Shown here: piece after piece, positions 9,450 to 18,736 of the stretch
Layout: each line of letters opens with the position of its first letter
Numbering within the stretch: the stretch's first letter is position 1
From: a virus
Lineage: Duplodnaviria; Caudoviricetes
Virus record (IMG/VR): IMGVR_UViG_2818991472_000001
Span: 64,001 to 128,000 of that record
Direction: 5' to 3' (one strand)
Length of the DNA: 64,000 nt
The notes under the pieces: generated by a model
The model's input: only the letters and a program-made list of their open reading frames with translations
Told to the model about the DNA's origin: nothing
The model's database searches: none
Program-made: the position numbers and the translations under genes

Positions 9450-10024
9450 GAACGGTCCATCTCCGTCTCGGTGCGGTGGCTGGCCCAGGCGGCCAGCGTC
9501 TCGAAGTCGTCGTCGGTCAACCCGGTGGCCGGGTCGACCAGGCGCAGCAGCGCCGGGGCCGCGTGCCGGTCGGCGACGAAGGCGCGGTCGGCGTCGGTCA
9601 CCTCGTCGTCCACCCAGGCGAACGGCCGCCCGGCGGCGTACTCCAGGAGCGCGGCCAGCTTCCAGTGCACCCCGCCCGGCCGGTCCTCCTCCGGCGCGTC
9701 ACCGACCGGCACGAGCGGCAGGTCCGGCAGCTGCTCCTCGCCGCCGACCAGGCCGACCGCCGGTCCGATGTAGCGGTTGGCCAGCTCGTTCCAGCTGGTG
9801 CACCACACCAGGTCGTACGGCAGTGCGCGCAGCCGGGCGCCGTGGCCGGGGTGCAGCCACACCTTCGGCAGCCGCACGTAGTAGGAGGGCTTGCCCGGGG
9901 TGCCGCCGCTGCGCAGGTGGGTCCAGCGGTGCGGCGTGTACCCGGCCGGGCGGCCCTCGGGCCGGGTGCCGTAGGCGTTCAGCGGGCCGTCGACGTCCAG
10001 GAAGAGCAGCGGGCGGTCAGCCAC
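9446..10024 (-). CDS. HAD-superfamily phosphatase (Swiss-army-knife RNA-repair-like HAD)
   Basis: LFLDVDGPLN motif I, VWCTSW motif II, K, WVDD motif IV. Confidence 0.8.
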   Translation of the reverse strand: MADRPLLFLDVDGPLNAYGTRPEGRPAGYTPHRWTHLRSGGTPGKPSYYVRLPKVWLHPGHGARLRALPYDLVWCTSWNELANRYIGPAVGLVGGEEQLPDLPLVPVGDAPEEDRPGGVHWKLAALLEYAAGRPFAWVDDEVTDADRAFVADRHAAPALLRLVDPATGLTDDDFETLAAWASHRTETEMDRS

Positions 10025-10361
10025 GGCCAGCCTCCCGGGCGCCGTGCACGGCGGGCGGGGCAGCGGAGAGCAGCACGTTGTACCGCAGGTGGCTGCTCCG
10101 CTCGGCGAGCAGGCCGTTCAGCCTGGCGGCGGCTCCCTGGGCGACCTCCAGCAGGCCGCGCTCGCGGTCGGTCAGGCCGTCCGGGCCGATGGCGGGCTCC
10201 CGGGGCTCGAAGCCCTCGGCGCCGCAGTGGACGCAGCGCCAGCCCTCGCCGTCCGGCCCGGAGTGGGTGGTCTCGGTGTCGTGGTCGTAGGTGTCCCCGC
10301 AGACCACCCCCGCCCGGTCGTCGGCCAGGGCCTGTTCCAGGCCCTTCGGCGGGTATGTCAC
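10017..10361 (-). CDS. hypothetical protein
   Basis: AAGGAGGAG RBS; CVHCG motif. Confidence 0.6.
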   Translation of the reverse strand: MTYPPKGLEQALADDRAGVVCGDTYDHDTETTHSGPDGEGWRCVHCGAEGFEPREPAIGPDGLTDRERGLLEVAQGAAARLNGLLAERSSHLRYNVLLSAAPPAVHGAREAGRG

Positions 10362-10410
10362 GGTGCTCCTCCTTCGAAGTGCTGTGTTGCTGAGTTAAGC
10401 ATCTCTGCGG

Positions 10411-10785
10411 TCAGCGCGGCTGCGCCTCGGTGATCGACCAGTCGGCGGCGGCCCAGGTGGTGGCGCCGGTGTCGGGGTCGGTGCTCGGTTTCCAGGCCAG
10501 CGGGCCGCCGTGGGCCTCAGCCTCGTGCCGGGCGCCGCTCAGGTCCCCGTGCCGGGTGTGCTCGGCGCCGCGCAGCAGCAGCACCCGGGGGCGCCGGTCG
10601 GCGGGGACGGCCACCACGGTGTGGGCGGAGCGCTCCTCCCAGCCCCAGGCGCCCGTCGTGAGCAGCTGCGCGCCGGGGGCCAGGGAGGCGGCCATCAGCG
10701 CGCTCTCGATGTCGGTCCCCTTCCACAGCTCGGTGCGGTCGGGTGCCAGGACGGCCATCATCCGGTCCGTCACTCGGTGAGTCAT
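10411..10785 (-). CDS. hypothetical protein
   Basis: GAGGAG upstream of MTHRV. Confidence 0.55.
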   Translation of the reverse strand: MTHRVTDRMMAVLAPDRTELWKGTDIESALMAASLAPGAQLLTTGAWGWEERSAHTVVAVPADRRPRVLLLRGAEHTRHGDLSGARHEAEAHGGPLAWKPSTDPDTGATTWAAADWSITEAQPR

Positions 10786-11230
10786 GATCGTTTCATCTCC
10801 TCGTGTCCGGCCACCGTAGTCGGCGGCCGGGTAGCGGGCGCGGGGTTTGTCCGGGCCCATGATGGGCGGGGCGGCCGACACTCCCCCTGGCGCCGGGTGG
10901 TGGCGGCGCAGCGGCTGGCCATACTGGCCCGACCGCCGCCGGGCCGGGCGTGAAGGCGGCGCAGCGGGCCCAGGCGGGCCCCGGGAACCTCCGCCGGGGT
11001 CCTGGGCCCGCCCACGCCCGTTGAGCGCCTAGCCTGGTGGCATGACACCTACGCGCTTCTTGATGTGCCCCGAGTGCGGCGGACCGGCTCCGGTAGACCC
11101 GTTCAACCAGATGGGCCCGCACGACCAGCCCGACGGCAAGCCCTGCGTGATGTCGTGGGATGACGGGGGCCGGGCGTTCCTGGCCAAGGCGGACGCGGAC
11201 TCCGCCTGAGCCCTACGGAGGGCAGGGCCC

Positions 11231-11959
11231 TCACCGGCGCAGCGCCGCGAGCAGCTCGGTGTACTTCTCCGGCTGCTCCTCGGGCCAGACGCCGTAGCCG
11301 TTGCGGGCCTCGTTCAGGTCGTGGGTGATCGCGGAGTACAGGGCCAGGACGGCCGGGTTGTTGCTGATCTCGGAGCGGTCGGCGGTCCAGTCGAAGCCGG
11401 TGTCCTCCAGCCACCCGGCGATGATCATGGCGCGGGTCTTGGTCCGGCAGTCCATCGCCACGATGACGCCCGGGGTGGCGTCGGCGGTCGGCAGGGCGAC
11501 GGTCCAGGCCATCGGGGAGTGGTTCGAGGGCTTGCGGCGGGCGACGACCAGAGTGGCCGGGGCGGCCGGGCGCGGCGGCTTGGCGGCGGGCTGCTCCGGT
11601 GCGGGGTGCTCGGCGAGCAGGGCCTTCACCTCGTCCAGGGTGTCGTACGCCTTGAACAGGCTGCTCCCGCCCCAGGTGCGGGCGGCGGCGGCCTTGAGCA
11701 CGGCGTCCGTGGCGCAGCGGCCGGACTCGACGAGCAGGATCTTGTGGTCCTTGGGCAGCACGGCGGCCGTGGCGAAGGTGCGGCCGTCCGGTCCGCGCAT
11801 CGCCTTCACCGTGCCGTCGCGGCGCACCGAGGTGACCAGCGCCGGAGTGAAGGTGACGGCCTCGGAGGGCTGCTCCTGGTTGATGTAGAAGGCGCGGTGG
11901 ACCTCGCGGTAGACCGCGAGCTGTCCCCGGGTAGCGCGCAGCGGGGCGGTGGTGGTCAT
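11231..11959 (-). CDS. hypothetical protein
   Basis: GGAGA RBS; first gene after repeat promoter at 11999. Confidence 0.7.
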   Translation of the reverse strand: MTTTAPLRATRGQLAVYREVHRAFYINQEQPSEAVTFTPALVTSVRRDGTVKAMRGPDGRTFATAAVLPKDHKILLVESGRCATDAVLKAAAARTWGGSSLFKAYDTLDEVKALLAEHPAPEQPAAKPPRPAAPATLVVARRKPSNHSPMAWTVALPTADATPGVIVAMDCRTKTRAMIIAGWLEDTGFDWTADRSEISNNPAVLALYSAITHDLNEARNGYGVWPEEQPEKYTELLAALRR

Positions 11960-11998
11960 CGGTGTCTCCGGTTCTTGGCAGGGTTGGTGACAGGCAGG

Positions 11999-12040
11999 AA
12001 CCTAGTGCAACGCTGTGAGTATGCGCAAGGTGTTCACGAG
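11999..12040 (-). promoter_or_regulatory. repeated promoter/operator element, copy 2
   Basis: CTCGTGAAC..TTGCGC-N18-TAGGTT. Confidence 0.85.
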
Positions 12041-12498
12041 AACGTGATGGCCGCGACCGCCTCCAGCGTCATCGGCCCGCGCTGCGCCACCGGCCGGGGA
12101 GCGGCCGACCGCCGGACCTCCCCCCGGTCCACGGACACCGCGTACGGCGGCTCCGGCAGGGCCCCGACGTCCCCCTGCACCCTGACGCGCCCGGCGCGCC
12201 ACTCCCCCTGGACCGCCCCCATCACCTGCGCCCAGTGCGCCCGCGCCTGCGGCAGTTGCCCCGGCCCGTACGGGTGCGCCATCACCCGGGCCGCCCGCGT
12301 CTCCCCCACCCGGGCGGAGATCCTGGTGATCCACTCCCGCCGCTCCCAGGCCGGGGCTCCGCCGGTCGTGGTGCGCACGTCGGCGGCCCAGTGCTGAACC
12401 AGGGTGCGCCACCCGTTCTCGTGCACCACGTCCACGGTGCGCAGCAGCGCGGCGGCGGGGTCGGGGCGGGCGGCGGTCTCGATCGGGTGGGGGCTCAT
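12034..12498 (-). CDS. hypothetical protein
   Basis: GGAGG RBS before MSPHP. Confidence 0.55.
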   Translation of the reverse strand: MSPHPIETAARPDPAAALLRTVDVVHENGWRTLVQHWAADVRTTTGGAPAWERREWITRISARVGETRAARVMAHPYGPGQLPQARAHWAQVMGAVQGEWRAGRVRVQGDVGALPEPPYAVSVDRGEVRRSAAPRPVAQRGPMTLEAVAAITFS

Positions 12499-12545
12499 GG
12501 CAGGTCGTCCCTCCGTGGCAGGCGGCAGGCAGGCGGTGGGTGATG

Positions 12546-12646
12546 CGGATTCCGTCGCCGACTGGCAGTGATCGTGCGGAATCCGTGGCTCGGCCCTAGG
12601 GGGCGAGACGACGGAATCCGTAGATTGGGCTACGGATTCCGTCGTC
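12546..12646. repeat. four CGGAWTCCG boxes; the last two form a perfect 17-bp inverted repeat with a 6-bp spacer
   Basis: boxes at 12546, 12577, 12612, 12633; GACGACGGAATCCGTAG-attggg-CTACGGATTCCGTCGTC. Confidence 0.85.
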
Positions 12647-12671
12647 GGGGGTGGCGGCCCGGACGGGGGGC

Positions 12672-12911
12672 TCAGCCGGTGTGGACGGTCTCGCCGTCGA
12701 CGGTGACCTTGATCGGGATGGTGCCGTCCGGCCGGGTCGCGGTGCAGTCGTCGTCCTTGGAGGCGACGCCGATGAGCAGGGTGCCGTCCGGCTCGAAGGA
12801 GACGAACACCCACGTCCCCCCGATCTCCAGGGTGGGGCCCGCGTACATGTCGGCGGGGTGGAACTGGGCGTCGTCGTTGGCGCGCTCGGCGTCGGCGGCG
12901 GAAGAGATCAT
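12672..12911 (-). CDS. small beta-rich hypothetical protein (paralog of 13539..13772)
   Basis: EIGG..V.....DGTL...V......R.D.T.P...TV....V.TG shared by both. Confidence 0.7.
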   Translation of the reverse strand: MISSAADAERANDDAQFHPADMYAGPTLEIGGTWVFVSFEPDGTLLIGVASKDDDCTATRPDGTIPIKVTVDGETVHTG

Positions 12912-13059
12912 GGCGAGTTCTCCAACTGGCTTGGCAGGGTTGTGAGTTGGCCGGACCGTGGCAGTGGTCGGCCGGTCCGCCCGGCGCTGCTCCGTGGCAG
13001 GGTGGCGCAGCGCCGGGGCGTGAACTGGCTTGCAGGGCTTGGCAGTTGCCCGGGTTGGG

Positions 13060-13449
13060 TCAGGCGGTGTGGTGCAGGTCGAGCACGCGGCCGACGTTGC
13101 CGCTGCCCGCCCCGGGGGTGCGGTGCGCGGCGCACCGGGGGTCGAAGTCCACGACGCTGCCCAGGGGGCTGGAGGTGACGAACACGACGGCCGACGCCTC
13201 CCCGCACACGTCCCCGGCGCTGCTGGTGAGCACGCGGCACGGGCGGGCGGCCCAATACCGGAGGATGGCGTCCCGGCCGTCAGGGGTGAGCTGGGCGTCC
13301 CACCCGGTGGGGGTGTCGGCGACCAGGCCGAGCCGGGCGGCCCGGTGGCGGGCGGTGCGGTGCTCGTCGCCGGTGACGGAGTGCTGAGTCAGCAGGCGCT
13401 CCAGGACGGTGCGCACGGGGCGGGACAGCGGGGCGGCGGTGGCGGGCAT
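13060..13449 (-). CDS. hypothetical protein, wHTH-like N-terminus
   Basis: LS.....L.....T....RLGLV.....LTPDGR pattern; GAGAGG RBS. Confidence 0.55.
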   Translation of the reverse strand: MPATAAPLSRPVRTVLERLLTQHSVTGDEHRTARHRAARLGLVADTPTGWDAQLTPDGRDAILRYWAARPCRVLTSSAGDVCGEASAVVFVTSSPLGSVVDFDPRCAAHRTPGAGSGNVGRVLDLHHTA

Positions 13450-13538
13450 GGCGGCCTCTCTGGCGGTCTGGGCGGGGTGCTGGAGGGAGCGGGGCGCAGC
13501 GGGCGGTGCTGCGCCCCGTGGGGGCGGCGTGGGCGGCT

Positions 13539-13772
13539 TCAGCCGGTGAACACCTCGCGGTCGCCCACGGTGATCCGCAGGGGGACGGTGTCGTCGGCCC
13601 GGACGAGGCCCGGGGCGGCGGTCTCCAGGTTGACGGACACGCACAGGGTGCCGTCGTCGTCCAGGTAGGCGTACACCTGGGCGCCGCCGATCTCGATGCA
13701 CGGCAGCGTGCCGGGCTCGGCCGGGTCGGCGGGCAGGAAGGTGGCGGCGGCGTTGGCGGTCTTCGGGTTCAC
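13539..13772 (-). CDS. small beta-rich hypothetical protein (paralog of 12672..12911)
   Basis: GAGGAGA RBS; shared motif. Confidence 0.7.
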   Translation of the reverse strand: MNPKTANAAATFLPADPAEPGTLPCIEIGGAQVYAYLDDDGTLCVSVNLETAAPGLVRADDTVPLRITVGDREVFTG

Positions 13773-13819
13773 GGCGGTCTCTCCTCGCGGTCGTCTGGCC
13801 AACTGGCTTGCGGTGGTGG

Positions 13820-14068
13820 CTAGTTGCTCTGTCCGGGGCGCCAGGCGGGCGGCTGGGCCAGGGTGGCGATGCCTTCCAGCTCCGGGAACAGGCGCAGCAG
13901 GTCATCGGTGGTGCTCGGGGTGAGCCGCTCCATCAGGTCGACGATGACCATGCCCCGGCTCGGCTCGACCCCGAAGCGCTCGGCGTAGGCCGCGACGTCC
14001 ACGGCCACCATGAAGTTGAGCGGGATCGTGACGGGCTCGGGCTGGGCCGGGGTGCGGTCGGTGCTCAC
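13820..14068 (-). CDS. hypothetical protein
   Basis: GGAGG RBS, GTG start. Confidence 0.6.
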   Translation of the reverse strand: MSTDRTPAQPEPVTIPLNFMVAVDVAAYAERFGVEPSRGMVIVDLMERLTPSTTDDLLRLFPELEGIATLAQPPAWRPGQSN

Positions 14069-14134
14069 GAGGGCCTCCAGGGGGCCTACAGCGGCCGCTG
14101 CGCCCCGGTGTGGGGCGCAGCAGCGGCGCGGGTG

Positions 14135-14662
14135 TCAGGCGGTCGGCTCGGTGGCGCTGGTGGCGTCGGGGGTGGCGTCCGGGTCGGTGTCGGCAACGCC
14201 CGGGTACGTCCACTGGTTGGCGTTCTCGGGGAAGGGCCAGCGCAGCGCGGTCAGCTGGGCGCGGGTCTGGGGCGACAGGTAGAACATGCTGGAGAGGGTG
14301 TGCCCGGCGAACAGGTTGACCCAGGCCGGGGGGTCGACGGGCATCCGGCGCTTGCAGGAGCAGTAACCCTGCTCCTCGGGGTCGCACTCGGCGTCGTGCA
14401 GGGTGCGGTACTGCTGCGGGGCGGGGTTGACCAGGGTGACCAGGCGCCAATCCTGCACGGTGCCGCCCATGATGCTGGGCTTGCCGGTGTCGATGATCTC
14501 CCAGAGGCACAGGGTGCGGTTCTTCAGGTCGGCGTCGTCGGCGGCGGCGTCCAGGGCGTCCCGGACGGGGCCGAAGTTCATGTTGTCGGTGAGGGTGTCG
14601 CGGCTGAGGGTGGTGAGACGGAAGCCGGTGCGGATTCCGGCGGCGGGGGTGGTGGCGTTCAC
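14135..14662 (-). CDS. hypothetical protein
   Basis: AGGAG RBS; H..C....C.C motif. Confidence 0.65.
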   Translation of the reverse strand: MNATTPAAGIRTGFRLTTLSRDTLTDNMNFGPVRDALDAAADDADLKNRTLCLWEIIDTGKPSIMGGTVQDWRLVTLVNPAPQQYRTLHDAECDPEEQGYCSCKRRMPVDPPAWVNLFAGHTLSSMFYLSPQTRAQLTALRWPFPENANQWTYPGVADTDPDATPDATSATEPTA

Positions 14663-14750
14663 GGTGGGCTCCTGAGGGGCTGTAGGGGGTGCTGGGCGGT
14701 CTGCGGGCCCCCGCTGCGCCGCGCGGGGCGCAGCGGGGGCTGTGGGGCTG

Positions 14751-15845
14751 TCAGGCGGCGTGCTGGGCGGCGTCGGTCTGGTCGTACGGGAGGGGGATGG
14801 GGGCGGGCAGGGTGCGGGTGGTCTCGGGCCACCCCTTGCGCCACTCCTCGACCACGGTCAGCACGATGGGGCCGGTGACGCCGTAGTAGGCGGCGAGCAC
14901 GCGCACGGCGTCGTCCTTGGTGGTCTGGGCGGTGCCGACGACGCACCCGGCGGTGCCCTCCTCGGCGTACCACTTGCCGTCTTCGGTGATCACGCAGCCG
15001 CCGAAGTTGGCGGAGGTGACCAGGCCCTTGCCGCGTTCGACCATGTCGACGGCGACGGCGGTGGTGGTCATGATCGCGGTGAGCGCGTCGGCGGCGGCCC
15101 GGTGGGTGGCGACGGTCTTGGCGCAGTCGGCGGCGGACTTCTCGGCCTTGGTGGCCACGGTGGTCCAGTGGTGGGCGCGGTCGTCGCCGGGGCGCTCGGC
15201 GAGGGCCCGGCGGTGGCGCTCGGCTTCGGCGGTCTCGCGGCGCTCCTGGTCGGCCCAGTGGGCGGCGCTGCGCTCGTGCTCGGTGCGGAAGCGCTCCAGG
15301 GTGGGGGTGTCGGTGACCACCATGATCACGCCCACCTCGTCCCGGGTCTTGCCCGCGTACAGGGTGATGGTGCCGCCGTTGTTGATCATGACCTCCCCGT
15401 GCTCGGCGCGGACGCGCTCCACCGCCTCCCAGACCTCGGCCGGGGTCTGGTGGGTGAGGGGGCGGGAGGTGCCGCCCCAGGTGTCGGCGTAGCCGTAGGC
15501 GGGGGCGGTGAGGTGCTCGCGGGTGACGGGGATGCCCTTGACGGGGCGCAGCGGGGTGCCGGGGGTCACGCGCAGCATGGGCACGTGGTAGGTGCTCTGG
15601 GCGCCCCGGTGCTGGGAGGTGCGTTCGACGTCGTAGCCGCGCTGCTCCAGGGCGGTGGCGATGTCGTCGAGGGCGGTGGCGTCGGTGCCCTCCCAGGTGA
15701 CGGCGACTTCCCCGGGGGCGGTCTGAGAGACCTGGTAGCCGGTGTGGGGGTTGCGCCGGATGCCCTTGTCCGTGAGTGCGGTGGTGGTGGCGAGTTGGCG
15801 GGAGATGGTGGCGGCGTGGGCGGTGGTGGCGGGCTTCGCGGTCAT
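14751..15845 (-). CDS. multi-module hypothetical protein
   Basis: first gene after repeat promoter at 15890; N-terminal repeated module. Confidence 0.7.
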   Translation of the reverse strand: MTAKPATTAHAATISRQLATTTALTDKGIRRNPHTGYQVSQTAPGEVAVTWEGTDATALDDIATALEQRGYDVERTSQHRGAQSTYHVPMLRVTPGTPLRPVKGIPVTREHLTAPAYGYADTWGGTSRPLTHQTPAEVWEAVERVRAEHGEVMINNGGTITLYAGKTRDEVGVIMVVTDTPTLERFRTEHERSAAHWADQERRETAEAERHRRALAERPGDDRAHHWTTVATKAEKSAADCAKTVATHRAAADALTAIMTTTAVAVDMVERGKGLVTSANFGGCVITEDGKWYAEEGTAGCVVGTAQTTKDDAVRVLAAYYGVTGPIVLTVVEEWRKGWPETTRTLPAPIPLPYDQTDAAQHAA

Positions 15846-15889
15846 CTCGGTGGCTCCCTGGGCGGTGGTCGGTCGAACGCAACAAGGCC

Positions 15890-15932
15890 AAGCTAGTGCA
15901 CAGCGATGAGTATGCGCAAGCTGTGTCACTAG
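15890..15932 (-). promoter_or_regulatory. repeated promoter/operator element, copy 3
   Basis: CTAGTGACA...TTGCGC-N18-TAGCTT. Confidence 0.85.
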
Positions 15933-16012
15933 ATTGGCTGGCCGGGCCGGACAACAGGCCGCCCCGCTGCTCCCGTCACCAGGGGCGCAGCGGGGCGGCC
16001 ACCGCCACGGGC

Positions 16013-16624
16013 TCACTGCTCGCTCGGGTCTCCTGCTTCCTGCTCGAACACGTACGCCCGCCCGCCCACCTCGAAGATCAGCACGTCCTCACGGCTGAGG
16101 TAGTACCACTCCCCCGCCGACCGCCAGTCCACGAAGTCCGCCAGGCCCGTCAGGATGCCCATGCGGTCACGCCCCTCGTACTCGCTGCGGGCCCACGCCG
16201 CCACCGAGTCGAACACCCCCTGGTAGGCGTCCTCCGCGATCTCCTCCAGCTCCAGGGCCGTCACCTCGTGCTCGCCGTTGCGCTGCTCCACGAACAGGCC
16301 CATGGCGTTCACCGCGTGCTCCCCGTGCGCGTCCACCAGCTGCGCGACGGTCTCAAGCCACTGGTGCCCCTCCTCGGCAAGCACCTCGAACCCGTCCCGG
16401 CCCACCTCGGCCACGGCCGCGATGATCTCCCGCTCCCCCCGGGCCGCCCGGTCCGCCAGGGCGTAGCCGACCACCCCGAGGGAGTCCAGTTCCGCCAGCC
16501 GCTCCGTGTCGCCCGCCTCGGCCGCCTCGATGCGCTGCTCCGCGAACGCCCCGTGCACCAGCGGGTCACCCTCGAACTCGGCCAGCAGGCCCTGGATACG
16601 CGCGTCGCAGTCGAACTTGCCCAT
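16013..16624 (-). CDS. ardA: ArdA-like anti-restriction (DNA-mimic) protein
   Basis: highly acidic; C-terminal EDAYQGVFDS...A...FVDW....GG.AYVF resembles the ArdA C-terminal domains. Confidence 0.65.
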   Translation of the reverse strand: MGKFDCDARIQGLLAEFEGDPLVHGAFAEQRIEAAEAGDTERLAELDSLGVVGYALADRAARGEREIIAAVAEVGRDGFEVLAEEGHQWLETVAQLVDAHGEHAVNAMGLFVEQRNGEHEVTALELEEIAEDAYQGVFDSVAAWARSEYEGRDRMGILTGLADFVDWRSAGEWYYLSREDVLIFEVGGRAYVFEQEAGDPSEQ

Positions 16625-16729
16625 GGTGATCTTGAACCCTCTCAGTACCGTCCAACGCCCCGGGACCACCCCGGACCGCCCCACCCAAGGGGGCGCAGCA
16701 CCACCGCCACGCCCCCGCCCACCGCAACG

Positions 16730-17698
16730 CTAGGCCACCTCGGCCACCGGCTTGACCACCGCGACCATCAGCCGCTGCCACTTCGCCAGGATGCCGCCCG
16801 GGGGCACGTCCTCCAGGGTGATCACGCTCTCACCGCGCCCCTGCTCCCGGTACCCGGCCACCACCGCCGAGCGCACCAGCGCCACCGCCCACGCCCGGTC
16901 ACCGTGCTTGCTCCGGGTCGCGTGGGTGGGGAACTCCTCCCACACCCCCTCGAACAGCTCGCCCTGGGGCACCAGCGCCTCAGCGATGGCATCCGCGTCC
17001 GCCCGGCGCCGCTCCCCCTCCCGGTGCCAGTCCAGAATGGTCTGGTCCACCACGCGCAGCGCTGCGCCGTCGCGCCCCTCGATCAGCAGCACGCCGAACC
17101 CGGCCGCCTCCAGCGCCGCCTTAGCCTTGCCCACGGTGTCCGCGTGCCCCTCCGGCGCAGCGATGCGCGCCCCCTTGTCGTCGGAGAACGCCCGCTGGAA
17201 CGCCGCCTGGTTCTGGGCGCGGTAGTACCAGGACACCGTCACGGACGTGCCCCCGCCCTCACCCCGGCCGGGCGCGTCCTGCCGGAAGCCGTCGCTGTGC
17301 ACGCCGAAGAACCCTCCGGACTTGACGCTCTGCTCCAGCCCGGCCCCCTTCAGCACCCGGGTGATGGACCCCTTGACCGGCTCACGCACCGGCGCGGGCG
17401 CGGCCACCTCCACCACCGCCTGCTGCTCCCCGCCCTCACGCTGCTCCCGCTCGGCGCGGACCTCGGCAAGGGTGGCGTCCAGGGCTGCCTGGCGGTCGGA
17501 CTCGATGCCGGTGGCCGTGGTGAACCCGGTGTCGGTGAGGACGTAGCCGCCGTCCCCGGCGGCGCTCAGGTAGCCGTCGGCCGCGAGCGACACCAGGGTG
17601 CGCAGGTTGCCGGTGACGCGGCGCAGCGGGTTGTCGAGGGGGCTTTCGATCCCGGTGAGCAGGGCCTTGGACTTGGCGGGGCTGAGCTTGCGGGCCAT
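16730..17698 (-). CDS. multi-module hypothetical protein (wHTH-like N-terminus + repeated module)
   Basis: GGAGG RBS; first gene after repeat promoter at 17740. Confidence 0.7.
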   Translation of the reverse strand: MARKLSPAKSKALLTGIESPLDNPLRRVTGNLRTLVSLAADGYLSAAGDGGYVLTDTGFTTATGIESDRQAALDATLAEVRAEREQREGGEQQAVVEVAAPAPVREPVKGSITRVLKGAGLEQSVKSGGFFGVHSDGFRQDAPGRGEGGGTSVTVSWYYRAQNQAAFQRAFSDDKGARIAAPEGHADTVGKAKAALEAAGFGVLLIEGRDGAALRVVDQTILDWHREGERRRADADAIAEALVPQGELFEGVWEEFPTHATRSKHGDRAWAVALVRSAVVAGYREQGRGESVITLEDVPPGGILAKWQRLMVAVVKPVAEVA

Positions 17699-17739
17699 GG
17701 GGTCCTCCGGTGCTTGGCAGGGCGTTGGTGACAGGAAGA

Positions 17740-17782
17740 AAGCTAGTGCACCGCTGCGCGTATACGCAAGTGGGTTCACGAG
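17740..17782 (-). promoter_or_regulatory. repeated promoter/operator element, copy 4
   Basis: CTCGTGAAC...TTGCGT-N18-TAGCTT. Confidence 0.85.
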
Positions 17783-17940
17783 ACTTCCCGGCGGGCCAGG
17801 GTGACAACCGGCGCCCCATCACGGCCGGTAACACGAGGTGGAGTCACCACCACGAACTATGACAATCAGTGACCAAAGGGGAAGGGCGCGCTACCCGGTC
17901 TCCCAGGTGCGCGCCCCGCTGTTGTGCCCCCGCTTCTGCC

Positions 17941-18444
17941 CTACTCCTCGGACCACCAGTCGGTGAGGGCCGGGTCGAGGAACGCGGCGTACTGCTCCTC
18001 TCCCAGGAACTCCCGCAGGCGCGGAGTCACCACCTGGGCCGTGGTGAACTCCTCCCACTCCGCGTCCACGTCCGCGCGGGCGGTCTCGTTGCGGTCCAGC
18101 CACACGGTGAAGTCCCCGGCGCTGCGGTCGAAGTCCCGAGCGTTCTCGACCAGGTGGTGCAGCAGGTCCTGAAGGATGGGGGTGCTACCGAAGGGCCCCC
18201 GGGTGCCGTACTCGCCCGGGGTCTCGTACTCAACCAGGAGGTAGCGGCCGTGGTGCCCGGACAGGGCGCCGTCTTCCTTGTCGTCCCCGAGCGCGATCCC
18301 CGTGCCGTCCAGCAGGGCGCGGAACAGGATGACGGCCCAACGCTGAATCTGAACGGTCCCCGGGTCGGCGGTACCGATGTGATGGAAACGGGCGGTGATG
18401 GCGTTGACCTTGATGCGGCCGGACGCGGCGATCTGCTGGGCCAT
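17941..18444 (-). CDS. hypothetical protein
   Basis: GGGAGA RBS; acidic C-terminus. Confidence 0.65.
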   Translation of the reverse strand: MAQQIAASGRIKVNAITARFHHIGTADPGTVQIQRWAVILFRALLDGTGIALGDDKEDGALSGHHGRYLLVEYETPGEYGTRGPFGSTPILQDLLHHLVENARDFDRSAGDFTVWLDRNETARADVDAEWEEFTTAQVVTPRLREFLGEEQYAAFLDPALTDWWSEE

Positions 18445-18471
18445 GGTCGTGGGGTCTCCCTCTGGGGTAGG

Positions 18472-18681
18472 TCAGTTGGTCGGAACGTCGGCGGGGCCAG
18501 CGATGTACCAGCGATCACGATGGGGGCCACCACCGAAGCGGAAGACGAGCGGGCCGACGTGGATGTCTTGGTCGGTGGGGACGTCCACGTAGCTCGCCCA
18601 GTGGAGATTGCCGTTGAGCGCCTCAACGATCTTGATGGCGAGTTCGCTCCGGCTGGGGTCGGAACTGGGATTCCGGGCCAT
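18472..18681 (-). CDS. small hypothetical protein
   Basis: GGAGA RBS before MARNP. Confidence 0.55.
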   Translation of the reverse strand: MARNPSSDPSRSELAIKIVEALNGNLHWASYVDVPTDQDIHVGPLVFRFGGGPHRDRWYIAGPADVPTN

Positions 18682-18736
18682 GGTTCTCCAATCGGGCCGG
18701 GCCCGCCCGGCAGTGGTACCGGGCGGGCGGGGGCGG

